NCBI GenBank assembly: GCA_035577885.1
Contig: DATLUU010000748.1
Span: 1-33,226, forward strand
Direction: 5' to 3'
Length of the DNA stretch: 33,226 bases
From: Verrucomicrobiia bacterium
GTDB lineage: Bacteria > Eisenbacteria > RBG-16-71-46
A program made the position numbers and the translations under genes. Under the pieces are notes generated by a model. It was not told where the DNA came from and did not search any database. It was given only the letters and a program-made list of their open reading frames with translations. Shown piece after piece: positions 25,034 through 32,503 of this stretch (the stretch's first letter is position 1; each line of letters opens with the position of its first letter).

Positions 25034-27052
25034 ATGTCGCCGTCACGAGCCGTCGCCCGATCCCTGCTGCTCGCAGTGCTGTTGCTGACCGCAGTCGCCC
25101 GCGCCGCGGAGTCGCCCGAGCCCGCCGCGGACCGCACGCTCTCCCCCTACTTCTTCGTCGAGGGCGGCGACTCCGGGCTCGACCGCCTGCCGCTCCTGGC
25201 GACGAGCGTCAAGGTCGACATCGCCGGCGTCGTCGCGCACGTGACCGTGAAGCAGAGCTACAAGAACGACGGCACCCGCCCGATCCACGCCCGCTACGTG
25301 TTCCCGGCCTCGACGCGCGCCGCCGTGCACGGGCTCACGATGACGGTGGGCGAGGAGCGCGTGGTGGCGAGGATCCGTGAGCGCCAGAGGGCCCGGATCG
25401 AGTTCGAGACCGCCAAGCACCAGGGCAAGAACGCGGCGCTGCTCGAGCAGCAGCGGCCGAACGTGTTCACGATGGAGGTGGCGAACCTGATGCCGGGGCA
25501 GCGGATCGAGGTCGAGCTGGTGTACTCCGAGCTGCTCGTGCCCACGGCTGGCGTCTACGAGTTCGTGTACCCCACGGTCGTCGGCCCGCGCTACTCCAGC
25601 ATCCCCGCGGCCGGCGCCGCGGAGAGCGACCGCTGGATCGCGTCGCCGTACCAACACCAGGGGCAGGCCCCGGTGCATACGCTCGAGCTCAGCGGCCGGA
25701 TCGCCGCGGGCATGCCCATCTCCGGCTTCGAGAGCCCGTCGCACCCGATCCGCGTGCAGTGGAGCGACCCGGCGACCGCCACGTTCGCGCTCGACCCCGC
25801 CGAGCGCCAGGGCGCCGACCGCGACTTCGTCCTCCGCTACCGGCTGCAGGGAGACCGCGTGCAGGCCGGGCTGATGCTCTATCGGGGGCAGGACGAGAAC
25901 TTCTTCCTGCTCATGCTCCAGCCGCCGAAGCGCGTGCAGCTCGAACGCGTGCCGCCGCGCGAGTACGTGTTCGTGGTCGACGTCTCCGGCTCGATGGACG
26001 GCTACCCGCTCGAGACCGCGAAGGCGCTGCTTCGCGACCTGGTCGGGCACCTGCGGCCCACGGACACGTTCAACGTGCTCACGTTCGCGGGCACCTCGGC
26101 GCTGTGGTCGCCCAGCTCGCAGCCGGCGACCGCTGAGAACGTCGCCGCGGCGAGCGCGTTCCTCGATGCGCTCCATGCCGGCGGCGGCACCGAGCTGCTC
26201 GCCGCGGTGGAGCGCGCGACCGACCTGCCCGTGTCCGAGCCCGGCGGCTCGCGGAGCATCGTGGTCGTGACCGACGGCTATATCGGCGCCGAGAAGGACG
26301 TGTTCGGCTGGATCCGCGGTCACCTCGGGCGCACGAACGTGTTCGCGTTCGGCATCGGCACCTCGGTCAACCGCTACCTGATCGAAGGCATCGCGCGGGC
26401 CGGCATGGGTGAGCCGTTCGTGGTCACCGACGCGCGCGAGGCCGCCGCCACGGCGGAGCGCTTCCGCGCCTACATCCAGTACCCGCTCCTGACCCACGTG
26501 CACCCGACGTTCACCGGGTTCGATGCGTACGACGTCGAGCCCGCCGCGATCCCGGACGTGATGGCCGACCGCCCGATCCTGATCCAGGGCAAGTGGCGTG
26601 GCCCGCTCCGGGGCGAGGTGAAGGTCGCGGGGGAGACCGGCGCCGGTCGCTGGGTGCGTACCGCCGACGTCTCGCGCTGGCAGCCCGATCCCGCGAACCG
26701 CGCGCTCCGCGAGCTGTGGGCGCGCACGCGCGTGGGCGAGCTCTCGGACTGGAGCGGGCAGGGCGAGAGCGACGACGAGAAGCGGCAGATCACGTCGCTG
26801 GGGCTCGCCTATGATCTGCTCACGCGCTACACGTCGTTCGTCGCCGTGCACGAGGCCGTGCGCAACGCGTCGGGCGTCGCCGAGGACGTCACCCACCCGC
26901 AGCCGCTGCCGCGCGGCGTGAGCGACGCGGCGGTGGGCGGCGTCGCCGTGGGCGCGGAGCCCGGGCTCGCGTGGCTGGTGGCGCTGGTGCTGGTCTCGGG
27001 GGCCACCGTGCTCTACGTCCGTCGGCGCGTGCCGGCGCGCGCGGAGGACTGA
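25034..27052 (+). CDS. Secreted VIT + von Willebrand A domain protein with C-terminal exosortase-type sorting signal
   Basis: AAGGAG SD 7 nt upstream. It has the signal peptide 'MSPSRAVARSLLLAVLLLTAVARAAE' and a VIT-like N-terminus ('LPLLATSVKVDIAGVVAHVTVKQSYKN...ARYVFPAS'). The vWA MIDAS 'VVDVSGSMDG' has its D-x-S-x-S at nt 25979-25993. The C-terminus 'GAEPGLAWLVALVLVSGATVLYVRRRVPARAED' lies at nt 26951-27049. Confidence 0.9.
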   Translation: MSPSRAVARSLLLAVLLLTAVARAAESPEPAADRTLSPYFFVEGGDSGLDRLPLLATSVKVDIAGVVAHVTVKQSYKNDGTRPIHARYVFPASTRAAVHGLTMTVGEERVVARIRERQRARIEFETAKHQGKNAALLEQQRPNVFTMEVANLMPGQRIEVELVYSELLVPTAGVYEFVYPTVVGPRYSSIPAAGAAESDRWIASPYQHQGQAPVHTLELSGRIAAGMPISGFESPSHPIRVQWSDPATATFALDPAERQGADRDFVLRYRLQGDRVQAGLMLYRGQDENFFLLMLQPPKRVQLERVPPREYVFVVDVSGSMDGYPLETAKALLRDLVGHLRPTDTFNVLTFAGTSALWSPSSQPATAENVAAASAFLDALHAGGGTELLAAVERATDLPVSEPGGSRSIVVVTDGYIGAEKDVFGWIRGHLGRTNVFAFGIGTSVNRYLIEGIARAGMGEPFVVTDAREAAATAERFRAYIQYPLLTHVHPTFTGFDAYDVEPAAIPDVMADRPILIQGKWRGPLRGEVKVAGETGAGRWVRTADVSRWQPDPANRALRELWARTRVGELSDWSGQGESDDEKRQITSLGLAYDLLTRYTSFVAVHEAVRNASGVAEDVTHPQPLPRGVSDAAVGGVAVGAEPGLAWLVALVLVSGATVLYVRRRVPARAED

Positions 27053-27592
27053 GTGCGCCCCCTTCGCTTCGAGGTGCCGGCCGGCGACGCCGCGGTCGCC
27101 GGCGCGGCGCTCGGCACGGCGTGGGCGCTGAAGGCCTTCTATAGCAAAGCGGGCTTCGATTCGCTCGGCTGGATCCTCGGACCCACGGTGCGGCTCGTGT
27201 CGTGGACCACCGGCGTCGCGTTCGAGCTGGAACCGCACCACGGCTACCTGAGCCGTGACCAGCTGTTTCTCGTCTCGCCCGCGTGCGCGGGTGTCAACTT
27301 CCTGATCGTGGCGTTCGTGAGCCTGTGCCTCGGGTTGGCGCCCGCGTGCGGGCGCGCCGGTGAGCGCGTGGCGCTCGTGCTCGGGAGCGCGGCGGCGGCG
27401 TACCTGGCGACCGTGCTCGCCAACGCCGCGCGCATCGCGGTCGCGATCCGGTTGCACGAGGCCGGGGCCGCACTCGGGCCCCTGACCCCTTCGCGGCTCC
27501 ACTGCGCCGAGGGCGTGACCGTCTACTTCCTGTTCCTGCTCGTGCTGTTCAGCGCCGCCGCGCGGGTCACGGGGGTGCGGCATGCCGTCTAG
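27053..27592 (+). CDS. Minimal exosortase/archaeosortase-family protein (179 aa)
   Basis: The GTG at 27053 immediately follows the VIT-vWA stop (27050-27052). It is a polytopic membrane protein carrying the family's three hallmark positions in order: 'VSPACAGVNF' (Cys78, codon 27284-27286), 'LANAARIAVAI' (Asn124/Arg127) and 'RLHCAEGVTVYF' (His150). Confidence 0.75.
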   Translation: MRPLRFEVPAGDAAVAGAALGTAWALKAFYSKAGFDSLGWILGPTVRLVSWTTGVAFELEPHHGYLSRDQLFLVSPACAGVNFLIVAFVSLCLGLAPACGRAGERVALVLGSAAAAYLATVLANAARIAVAIRLHEAGAALGPLTPSRLHCAEGVTVYFLFLLVLFSAAARVTGVRHAV

Positions 27593-27827
27593 GCCACGTT
27601 CGACCCTCCCGCTCGTGTTCGTGCCGTGGCTCACGTACGTCGCGGTCACCGTCGTGGCGCCGGTGCTGAACGGCGCCGCGGCCGCTGAAGCGTATGCCGA
27701 TCACGCCGTGATCACGCTCGGCGTCTCGGGCGCCATCTTCATGCTGTGGCTCGCGGCAAGCCGGATGCGACCCGGGCACGGACGCCGGCGGCCACCCTCG
27801 GGGTCTCGTGCTCAGTCCGGGAAGTAG
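27582..27827 (+). CDS. Small 2-TM membrane protein, possible exosortase-associated partner
   Basis: The ATG at 27582 overlaps the exosortase 3' end by 11 nt, with a GGGGG-rich SD upstream. There are two hydrophobic spans ('LPLVFVPWLTYVAVTVVAPVL' and 'VITLGVSGAIFMLWLAA') and a basic tail. The 3' end overlaps the convergent hydrolase gene by 16 nt. I recognise no family. Confidence 0.4.
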   Translation: MPSRPRSTLPLVFVPWLTYVAVTVVAPVLNGAAAAEAYADHAVITLGVSGAIFMLWLAASRMRPGHGRRRPPSGSRAQSGK

Positions 27828-28822
27828 ATCGCGTTCTTGGCCTGCGCCGAGGCGTAGATCAGTCGGTGATCGTGACCGACTCCCGGCACCGGCGTGACCG
27901 TGAAGTGGTTGGGCGAGAAGAAGCGGTCCATGAACGCATTGAAGAATTGGGCGCGCTGGTAGCGGGACTGCCCCTGCAGCATCGCTTCCTTCGAGTCATC
28001 GAAGCTCTCGTCCGCCACCACGTCGGCCGTGCCCGCCAGCAGCTCGATCCGCCGCTTGGGCAGGTGGGTGCGGGCCCAGTCGGCGCCGCGCGCCTCGGCG
28101 TAGTCGTCGAGGTCCTCCAGCCCGTACTTGAAGTCGTCGTAGCCCTTGGTCTTCTTTCCGTGCGGGATCACCCAGTCACTCAAGCCATCGTTGTAGCGGT
28201 ATTCGTTCAGGTAGAGATACGACGAAGGATTCGAGGGCACGAACTTGACCAGCGCCGTGTTCGGCTCCGGCAGCTCGTCGATGTCGGTGAACGCCGCGTA
28301 GCGCTGGACGAACTGGCCACCCGCCGAGTGACCGGTGATCACCACCCAGCGGAGGTTCGGAAACGTTCCGCTGCGCAGGCGGGCGACCATCGTGTCCACG
28401 ACCTCGTAGGAGCTGACGCCGCCCGAGGAGCCGCCCGTGACCCAATCGTCCTTCCACCAGGCTTCCGTCTTCCTGTTCAAGGCGTCGCCCTTCTCCTGGA
28501 AGTACGGCGCCACGACGATCGTCTTCCCCCGCCAGTCGCGACCGGGGCTGGAGGGGATGTTGTCCACGATCGAACTGAAATAGTCCTCCACCTTGCGGCC
28601 ACTCCCGTGGATGACGATGACGGCGCGGCTGATGGCGGTGTTTCGCGCCGACAGCGGGCAATTGGAGTAGTAGGGCACCTGCTTGCCGTTGATCAGCATC
28701 GTCTGCCGAACCGCCGCTTCCGCCGAGGCGCCGGCCATGAAGACCAGCGCGAGTGCGGCGCCCAGGGTGCCCGAGAGCACGGGCCGGATCGGCCTCTGTT
28801 CAGCTCGAATGTCTCTCTTCAT
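27812..28822 (-). CDS. Secreted alpha/beta-hydrolase-fold serine hydrolase, paralog P1
   Basis: Only the last 336 aa of the 1001-aa minus-strand ORF look real, with the ATG complementary to 28820-28822. It has the signal peptide 'RPVLSGTLGAALALVFMAGASAEA' and 'VIVIHGSGR'. The nucleophile elbow is 'GHSAGGQF', with candidate acid 'AGTADVV' and His 'GVGHDH'. It ends in 'IYFPD'. Confidence 0.85.
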   Translation of the reverse strand: MKRDIRAEQRPIRPVLSGTLGAALALVFMAGASAEAAVRQTMLINGKQVPYYSNCPLSARNTAISRAVIVIHGSGRKVEDYFSSIVDNIPSSPGRDWRGKTIVVAPYFQEKGDALNRKTEAWWKDDWVTGGSSGGVSSYEVVDTMVARLRSGTFPNLRWVVITGHSAGGQFVQRYAAFTDIDELPEPNTALVKFVPSNPSSYLYLNEYRYNDGLSDWVIPHGKKTKGYDDFKYGLEDLDDYAEARGADWARTHLPKRRIELLAGTADVVADESFDDSKEAMLQGQSRYQRAQFFNAFMDRFFSPNHFTVTPVPGVGHDHRLIYASAQAKNAIYFPD

Positions 28823-29006
28823 GGTTCTGCTGTCCCTTCTCCAGCGCCAGCCATGCCGACGCGCCGATCGCCGATGATGAGGGCGTGGGGAGTGACACTG
28901 CGACAGCGTAGACGCTCCGCGCGCGGCGCTGTATCGGGCAAGCACCCTAAGCGCGAGCGCGTAGGTACCTGACCAGTCTTGCGGTGACACCGCGCGGCGA
29001 TCTGTC

Positions 29007-29037
29007 GGAGCCAACACAGGTGTTGGGAGCCAACACA
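29007..29037. promoter_or_regulatory. Operator-like palindrome embedded in a direct repeat, in the divergent P1 / P-loop promoter region
   Basis: CCAACAC-AG-GTGTTGG is a perfect 7-bp-arm palindrome at 29011-29026. GGAGCCAACACA is repeated at 29007-29018 and 29026-29037. The site lies in the 354-nt lower-GC gap between the divergently transcribed genes. Confidence 0.35.
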
Positions 29038-29176
29038 CATGTCGGAAGTCGACTGTGAATTGCCGACGTTCGTGAACAGAAACGTTGCGCGTGCCGGACA
29101 TCGTCGTAGCATGGGTTGGAGCGTGAGGCCGCCGACGACCGCAACACGACCCATCACCAGCATCCTCGGGGGCCCC

Positions 29177-30226
29177 ATGGAGTTCTTCGAAAAGACGCGC
29201 GTGAAGTGGCCTTACGTCACCCACCTCGTGGACCGGCGCTGCGTGCAGCGGATCCTGCCCATCGAGGACGGCCGGGATGCCGGAGCGCTGGTGCTCGCGC
29301 GCGTGACCCGGATGGGCCGGCCGGGAGAGCTCGAAGCGTCGAGCGGACGGAGGCAGACGCTGTTCGTCGGCGACGTGTTCGTCGGCGTGCTCGGCGACCG
29401 CCATGCCACGCGACAGTACAGCGGCGCCGCGGTGGTCGCGGGCGGTGCCGGCCACCTCGTCGCGGTCGGCGGCGTCGTGGGCCAGGTCGCGAGCGCGAGC
29501 GAGAGTCTCACGCCCACCGCGATCGAGTTCCTGGGCCGACTGGGGGACGACGAGGGCCGGCCGCTGCACATGAGGCGATTCCAGGCGCTGCCGGTGGAGG
29601 TGTTCGAGAGCCGCGGGGCGACGACGCTGCTGGCGCTCGGTGCCGGCCCCGGCAGTGGGAAGTCGACCACGGCGGCGCACATCATCCGCAGCCTCGCGAA
29701 CGCTGGGCACGTGGTCGCGGCGGGCAAGATCACGGGCATGGCGTCCGTCAAGGATGCGAATCTCCTGCGCGACGCCGGGGCCGTGGCCATGTTCGACGTC
29801 ACGCACGCCGGCTGGCCCTCCACCACCAACCTCGCGCTCGCCGAGCTGCTGTCGATCGCGGGCAGGATCCGCGCCGCGCTCGCGGCGCACGAGCCGGACT
29901 TCGTGATCCTGGAGATCGCCGATGGCATCGTGCAGCGTGAGACGGCGATGCTGCTCGCGGATCCGACCTTCCGCGACTCGATCGACGGCGTCCTGTTCTC
30001 CGGGCGCGACGCGCTCTCGTGCGAGGCGGGCGTTCGCCGGCTGACCGGCCTCGGCTACAACGTGCTCGCGACCGCGGGCCACGTCGCCAACAGCCGGCTC
30101 GACGTCGCCGAGGCCGAGGCCTGCTGCAACGTGCCCTGCTTCTCGCTCCAGGACATCCTCGCCGGCAAGATGTCGGCCGTGCTGCGCTCGCTCGCGGAGC
30201 GCCGGCGGTCGATCCCGGCCGCGTGA
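29177..30226 (+). CDS. P-loop NTPase-fold protein (SIMIBI-like), function unknown
   Basis: I chose the ATG at 29177 (G-rich SD; the upstream 46 codons of ORF 29039.. look non-protein-like). It has Walker A 'GAGPGSGKSTTAAHIIRSLANAGHVVAAGKITG' and a Walker-B-like 'DFVILEIADGIVQRE'. There is no signal peptide and the N-terminal ~150 aa are beta-rich. The start is uncertain. Confidence 0.65.
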   Translation: MEFFEKTRVKWPYVTHLVDRRCVQRILPIEDGRDAGALVLARVTRMGRPGELEASSGRRQTLFVGDVFVGVLGDRHATRQYSGAAVVAGGAGHLVAVGGVVGQVASASESLTPTAIEFLGRLGDDEGRPLHMRRFQALPVEVFESRGATTLLALGAGPGSGKSTTAAHIIRSLANAGHVVAAGKITGMASVKDANLLRDAGAVAMFDVTHAGWPSTTNLALAELLSIAGRIRAALAAHEPDFVILEIADGIVQRETAMLLADPTFRDSIDGVLFSGRDALSCEAGVRRLTGLGYNVLATAGHVANSRLDVAEAEACCNVPCFSLQDILAGKMSAVLRSLAERRRSIPAA

Positions 30227-30307
30227 CCCCGTGGGGCCGGTCCGGCGCGAAGCCCGGGGGCGACGCATGCGAGGGCAGCGAGCGCGGATCGGCCCGGTGC
30301 TCGCGCC

Positions 30308-31270
30308 TTGCTTGCCACAGCCTTCCTCGCGACCGCGCCCCGTGACGCCTTGTCCCAAGCGGGCGAGTGTCACTCGCTGCTCATCGGACGCAAGAAGGTG
30401 CCCTACCTGTGCAACCGCGCGCTCACCGTCGCCGATCCGGCGATCACGCGTGCGGTCATCATCATCCATGGCGGCTACCGCGTGCCCGAGGAGTACTACG
30501 CACCGCTCCTCGTCGCGCTGGTGGCGAATCCGGATCTGGAGAGGAACTGGCGGCGGCGGACCATCGTCCTCGCACCCCACTTCCAGGAGCGTGACGATGC
30601 GGCCGGCGACGAGCACTGGTGGAAGGGCAACTGGCGGGAGGGGGGCGAGTCCGATGGGCTCAGCTCCTACGCGGTGGTGGACACGTTGATCGCGCGCCTG
30701 CGCAACGGCACGTTTCCCAACCTCAAATGGGTCGTCATCGCCGGCCACTCCGCGGGCGGGCAGTTCACGCAGCGCTACGCGGCGTTCACGGACGTCGATC
30801 TCAGACCCGGGCCCCACGCGGCGCAGGTGAAGTTCGTCGTCGCCAATCCCTCATCCTATGTCTATCTGAACGAGTACCGGCGCGGCAAGGGCGCGCAGCC
30901 GTGGATCGTGCCCGAGCCGGATTGCCCCGTGGGCGACCGCACCAACGAATGGAAGTACGGCCTCGATGGCCTCCAGGGGTACGTGGCGGCGCGCGGCGCC
31001 GAGTTCGCACGCACACACTTTCCGCGGCGCAACGTCGAGGTGCTGGCGGGCACCGAGGACGAGCTCACGGGCGAGGGGTTCGACAAGGACTGTGCCGGGA
31101 TGTGGCAGGGCGCGACGCGATTCGAGCGCGCGCAGAACTTCAAGGCGTTCATGGATCACTTCTACCCCGCGAACCACGTGAAGCTGACCGTGGTGCAGGG
31201 CGTCGGCCACAGCGGGCCGCTCATGCTCGGCTCGCCGCAGGGCATCCAGGCGATCTTCTTCCCCGACTGA
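30308..31270 (+). CDS. Alpha/beta-hydrolase-fold serine hydrolase, paralog P2 (N-terminus possibly disrupted by a 1-nt indel)
   Basis: By eye it is about half identical to P1 along its whole length ('VIIIHGG', 'GTFPNLKWVVIAGHSAGGQFTQRYAAFTD', 'NPSSYVYLNEYR', 'GVGHSG', ending 'IFFPD'). The first in-frame start is a TTG at 30308, which gives a truncated signal peptide (see findings). Confidence 0.8.
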   Translation: MLATAFLATAPRDALSQAGECHSLLIGRKKVPYLCNRALTVADPAITRAVIIIHGGYRVPEEYYAPLLVALVANPDLERNWRRRTIVLAPHFQERDDAAGDEHWWKGNWREGGESDGLSSYAVVDTLIARLRNGTFPNLKWVVIAGHSAGGQFTQRYAAFTDVDLRPGPHAAQVKFVVANPSSYVYLNEYRRGKGAQPWIVPEPDCPVGDRTNEWKYGLDGLQGYVAARGAEFARTHFPRRNVEVLAGTEDELTGEGFDKDCAGMWQGATRFERAQNFKAFMDHFYPANHVKLTVVQGVGHSGPLMLGSPQGIQAIFFPD

Positions 31271-31283
31271 GGGGGCGGGGCGG

Positions 31284-32447
31284 CTACTTCGTCGACACCG
31301 CCTTCAACTCGTTGGCGACGAAGTCGGCGCGGTGGGAGACGGCATCGCAGAACTTCGTCACCGCATCGTCGAACGCCTGTTCCGCCGCCGCGTCCTGGCC
31401 CACCACCGCGGGCCGGATCGCGGCCGCCAGCTGCCGGGCGCGCGCCTGGATCTTGCCCGGCTCGAACGTCGAGTCGAGCAGTCGCGCGAGCGTCTTGCGG
31501 TAGCGCGCATTGCCTTCCGGCGTCGTCAGCACGGCGTTGGCGACCACGCCCTTGCAGTGGGGAACCGCCGGCCCGTCCGTCCTCCGCAACACCTCTTCGA
31601 TGTTCTTGGGGAAGAACACGAAGCGCCCGCTCTCCGGATCGTGGTAGAGCCGGAACTTCTTGGCGTCGAGCGAGTAGCTGTCGCTCAGCCACCACAACAC
31701 CTCCAGCGCGGTGAACGTGAGGAAGCGGTCCACGTCGAGCTGCTGCTGGAGCTGCTTCCAGCGCTCGCCCGGATCGGTCAGGAGTGCTGCGGCGGCGAGC
31801 GAGTCGACGTCGGTCTGGCTCTTGCGGTCGCTGCCACGCGCCTTCTCCAGACGACCCGTCACGTCCGGCGGATCGCCTTCGTCGTAGAGGTTCCCGTCGT
31901 CGCTGGAGAAGTGCCGCTGGATGAACTCCTTCTCCACGCCTTCGATGAGGACGTAGAGGCCCAGGTCGCGGCCGTTGAAGCGGACCTTCGCGAACCCGCA
32001 CCGGGGTGCGGGGATCCCCGCCTGCGCGAACATCTCGTGGACGATCGGAGCGGCGACGTAGCTGGGATCGTCGCGGCCCGCCTGCAGGACCAGCCGTCGC
32101 TGGCCGCGGAAGCGCTGCTTGTGGACGAACTTGTCGAAGGTCACGATCAGGTCGGGCTTGCCCGTGGCGAGCTCGCTCGCCGGATTGCCCCGGCAATGGA
32201 GGCCGACGTTCGTGAGCGTCTCCCCTCCGGAGCTCACCGTGGCCGGGACGTAGCTGTGCGAATCCGGGTTGTGCCGCAGGGTGTCCAGCTCGGCCGGCGA
32301 GATCGTGATCGCCAGCGTGACGATGTTCGTGCCGAACAGGTCACCGCCCGCGGCTGGCGCGTGGGTGTCACTGGCGGCGGTGGCGCATCCGATCGACAGC
32401 AGCGCGAACGCGCAGGTGTAGAGCGCTCTCGGTCCCGTGCCCATCAT
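31284..32447 (-). CDS. CotH-family atypical kinase-like lipoprotein
   Basis: The lipoprotein-type signal is 'MMGTGPRALYTCAFALLSIGC'. 'GLHCRGNP...FRGQRRLVLQAGRDDPSYVAAPIVHEMFAQAGIPAPRCGFAKVRFNGRDLGLYVLIEGVEKEFIQRHF...GNLYDEG' matches the CotH (PF08757-type) core pattern as I recall it. Confidence 0.75.
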   Translation of the reverse strand: MMGTGPRALYTCAFALLSIGCATAASDTHAPAAGGDLFGTNIVTLAITISPAELDTLRHNPDSHSYVPATVSSGGETLTNVGLHCRGNPASELATGKPDLIVTFDKFVHKQRFRGQRRLVLQAGRDDPSYVAAPIVHEMFAQAGIPAPRCGFAKVRFNGRDLGLYVLIEGVEKEFIQRHFSSDDGNLYDEGDPPDVTGRLEKARGSDRKSQTDVDSLAAAALLTDPGERWKQLQQQLDVDRFLTFTALEVLWWLSDSYSLDAKKFRLYHDPESGRFVFFPKNIEEVLRRTDGPAVPHCKGVVANAVLTTPEGNARYRKTLARLLDSTFEPGKIQARARQLAAAIRPAVVGQDAAAEQAFDDAVTKFCDAVSHRADFVANELKAVSTK

Positions 32448-32503
32448 CTCCTCCGGCTTCGCGTCAGGAAGCCCATGTGCCCAGGGCGTGGCGCGGCGGA
32501 CCC

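Noticed and set aside
26951-27049. Calling the VIT-vWA tail a canonical PEP-CTERM signal.
   Set aside because: The motif reads G-A-E-P, not P-E-P, and the adjacent enzyme is far smaller than XrtA-type exosortases. I describe it as an exosortase-type tripartite signal of undetermined subclass.
926-27649. Very long antisense ORFs: 926..2314, 4668..6851, 6635..8632, 9996..11432, 11300..12859, 12529..13989, 14876..17269, 17858..18967, 19848..21440, 21289..23073, 22499..24145, 23838..25046 and 25043..27649, all on the minus strand.
   Set aside because: Their translations are Arg/Ala/Gly/Pro/His-rich low-complexity strings with no recognisable motifs. Each mirrors a plus-strand ORF that carries clear domain signatures. 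They are typical shadow ORFs of very high-GC DNA.
29039-29176. Using the ATG at 29039 (or 29111) as the start of the P-loop protein.
   Set aside because: Neither has an SD-like sequence. The extra 46 residues (MSEVDCELPTFVNRNVARAGHRRSMGWSVRPPTTATRPITSILGGP) look unstructured and would place the operator-like repeat inside coding sequence. The ATG at 29177 has a G-rich SD. The choice remains uncertain.
28823-30817. The N-terminal ~665 codons of the 1001-aa minus-strand ORF 27812..30817, and the 408-aa plus-strand ORF 27746..28972.
   Set aside because: Only the last 336 aa of the minus-strand ORF (from the ATG complementary to 28820-28822) look like a protein, with a signal peptide and an alpha/beta-hydrolase core. 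The upstream part runs antisense through the P-loop and P2 genes. ORF 27746..28972 is antisense to the hydrolase and low-complexity.
31262-31290. A bidirectional terminator between the convergent P2 and CotH-like genes (CCCC..GGGG runs around 31262-31283).
   Set aside because: The gap is only 13 nt and the pairing is a short, ambiguous G/C run. There is not enough structure to call.
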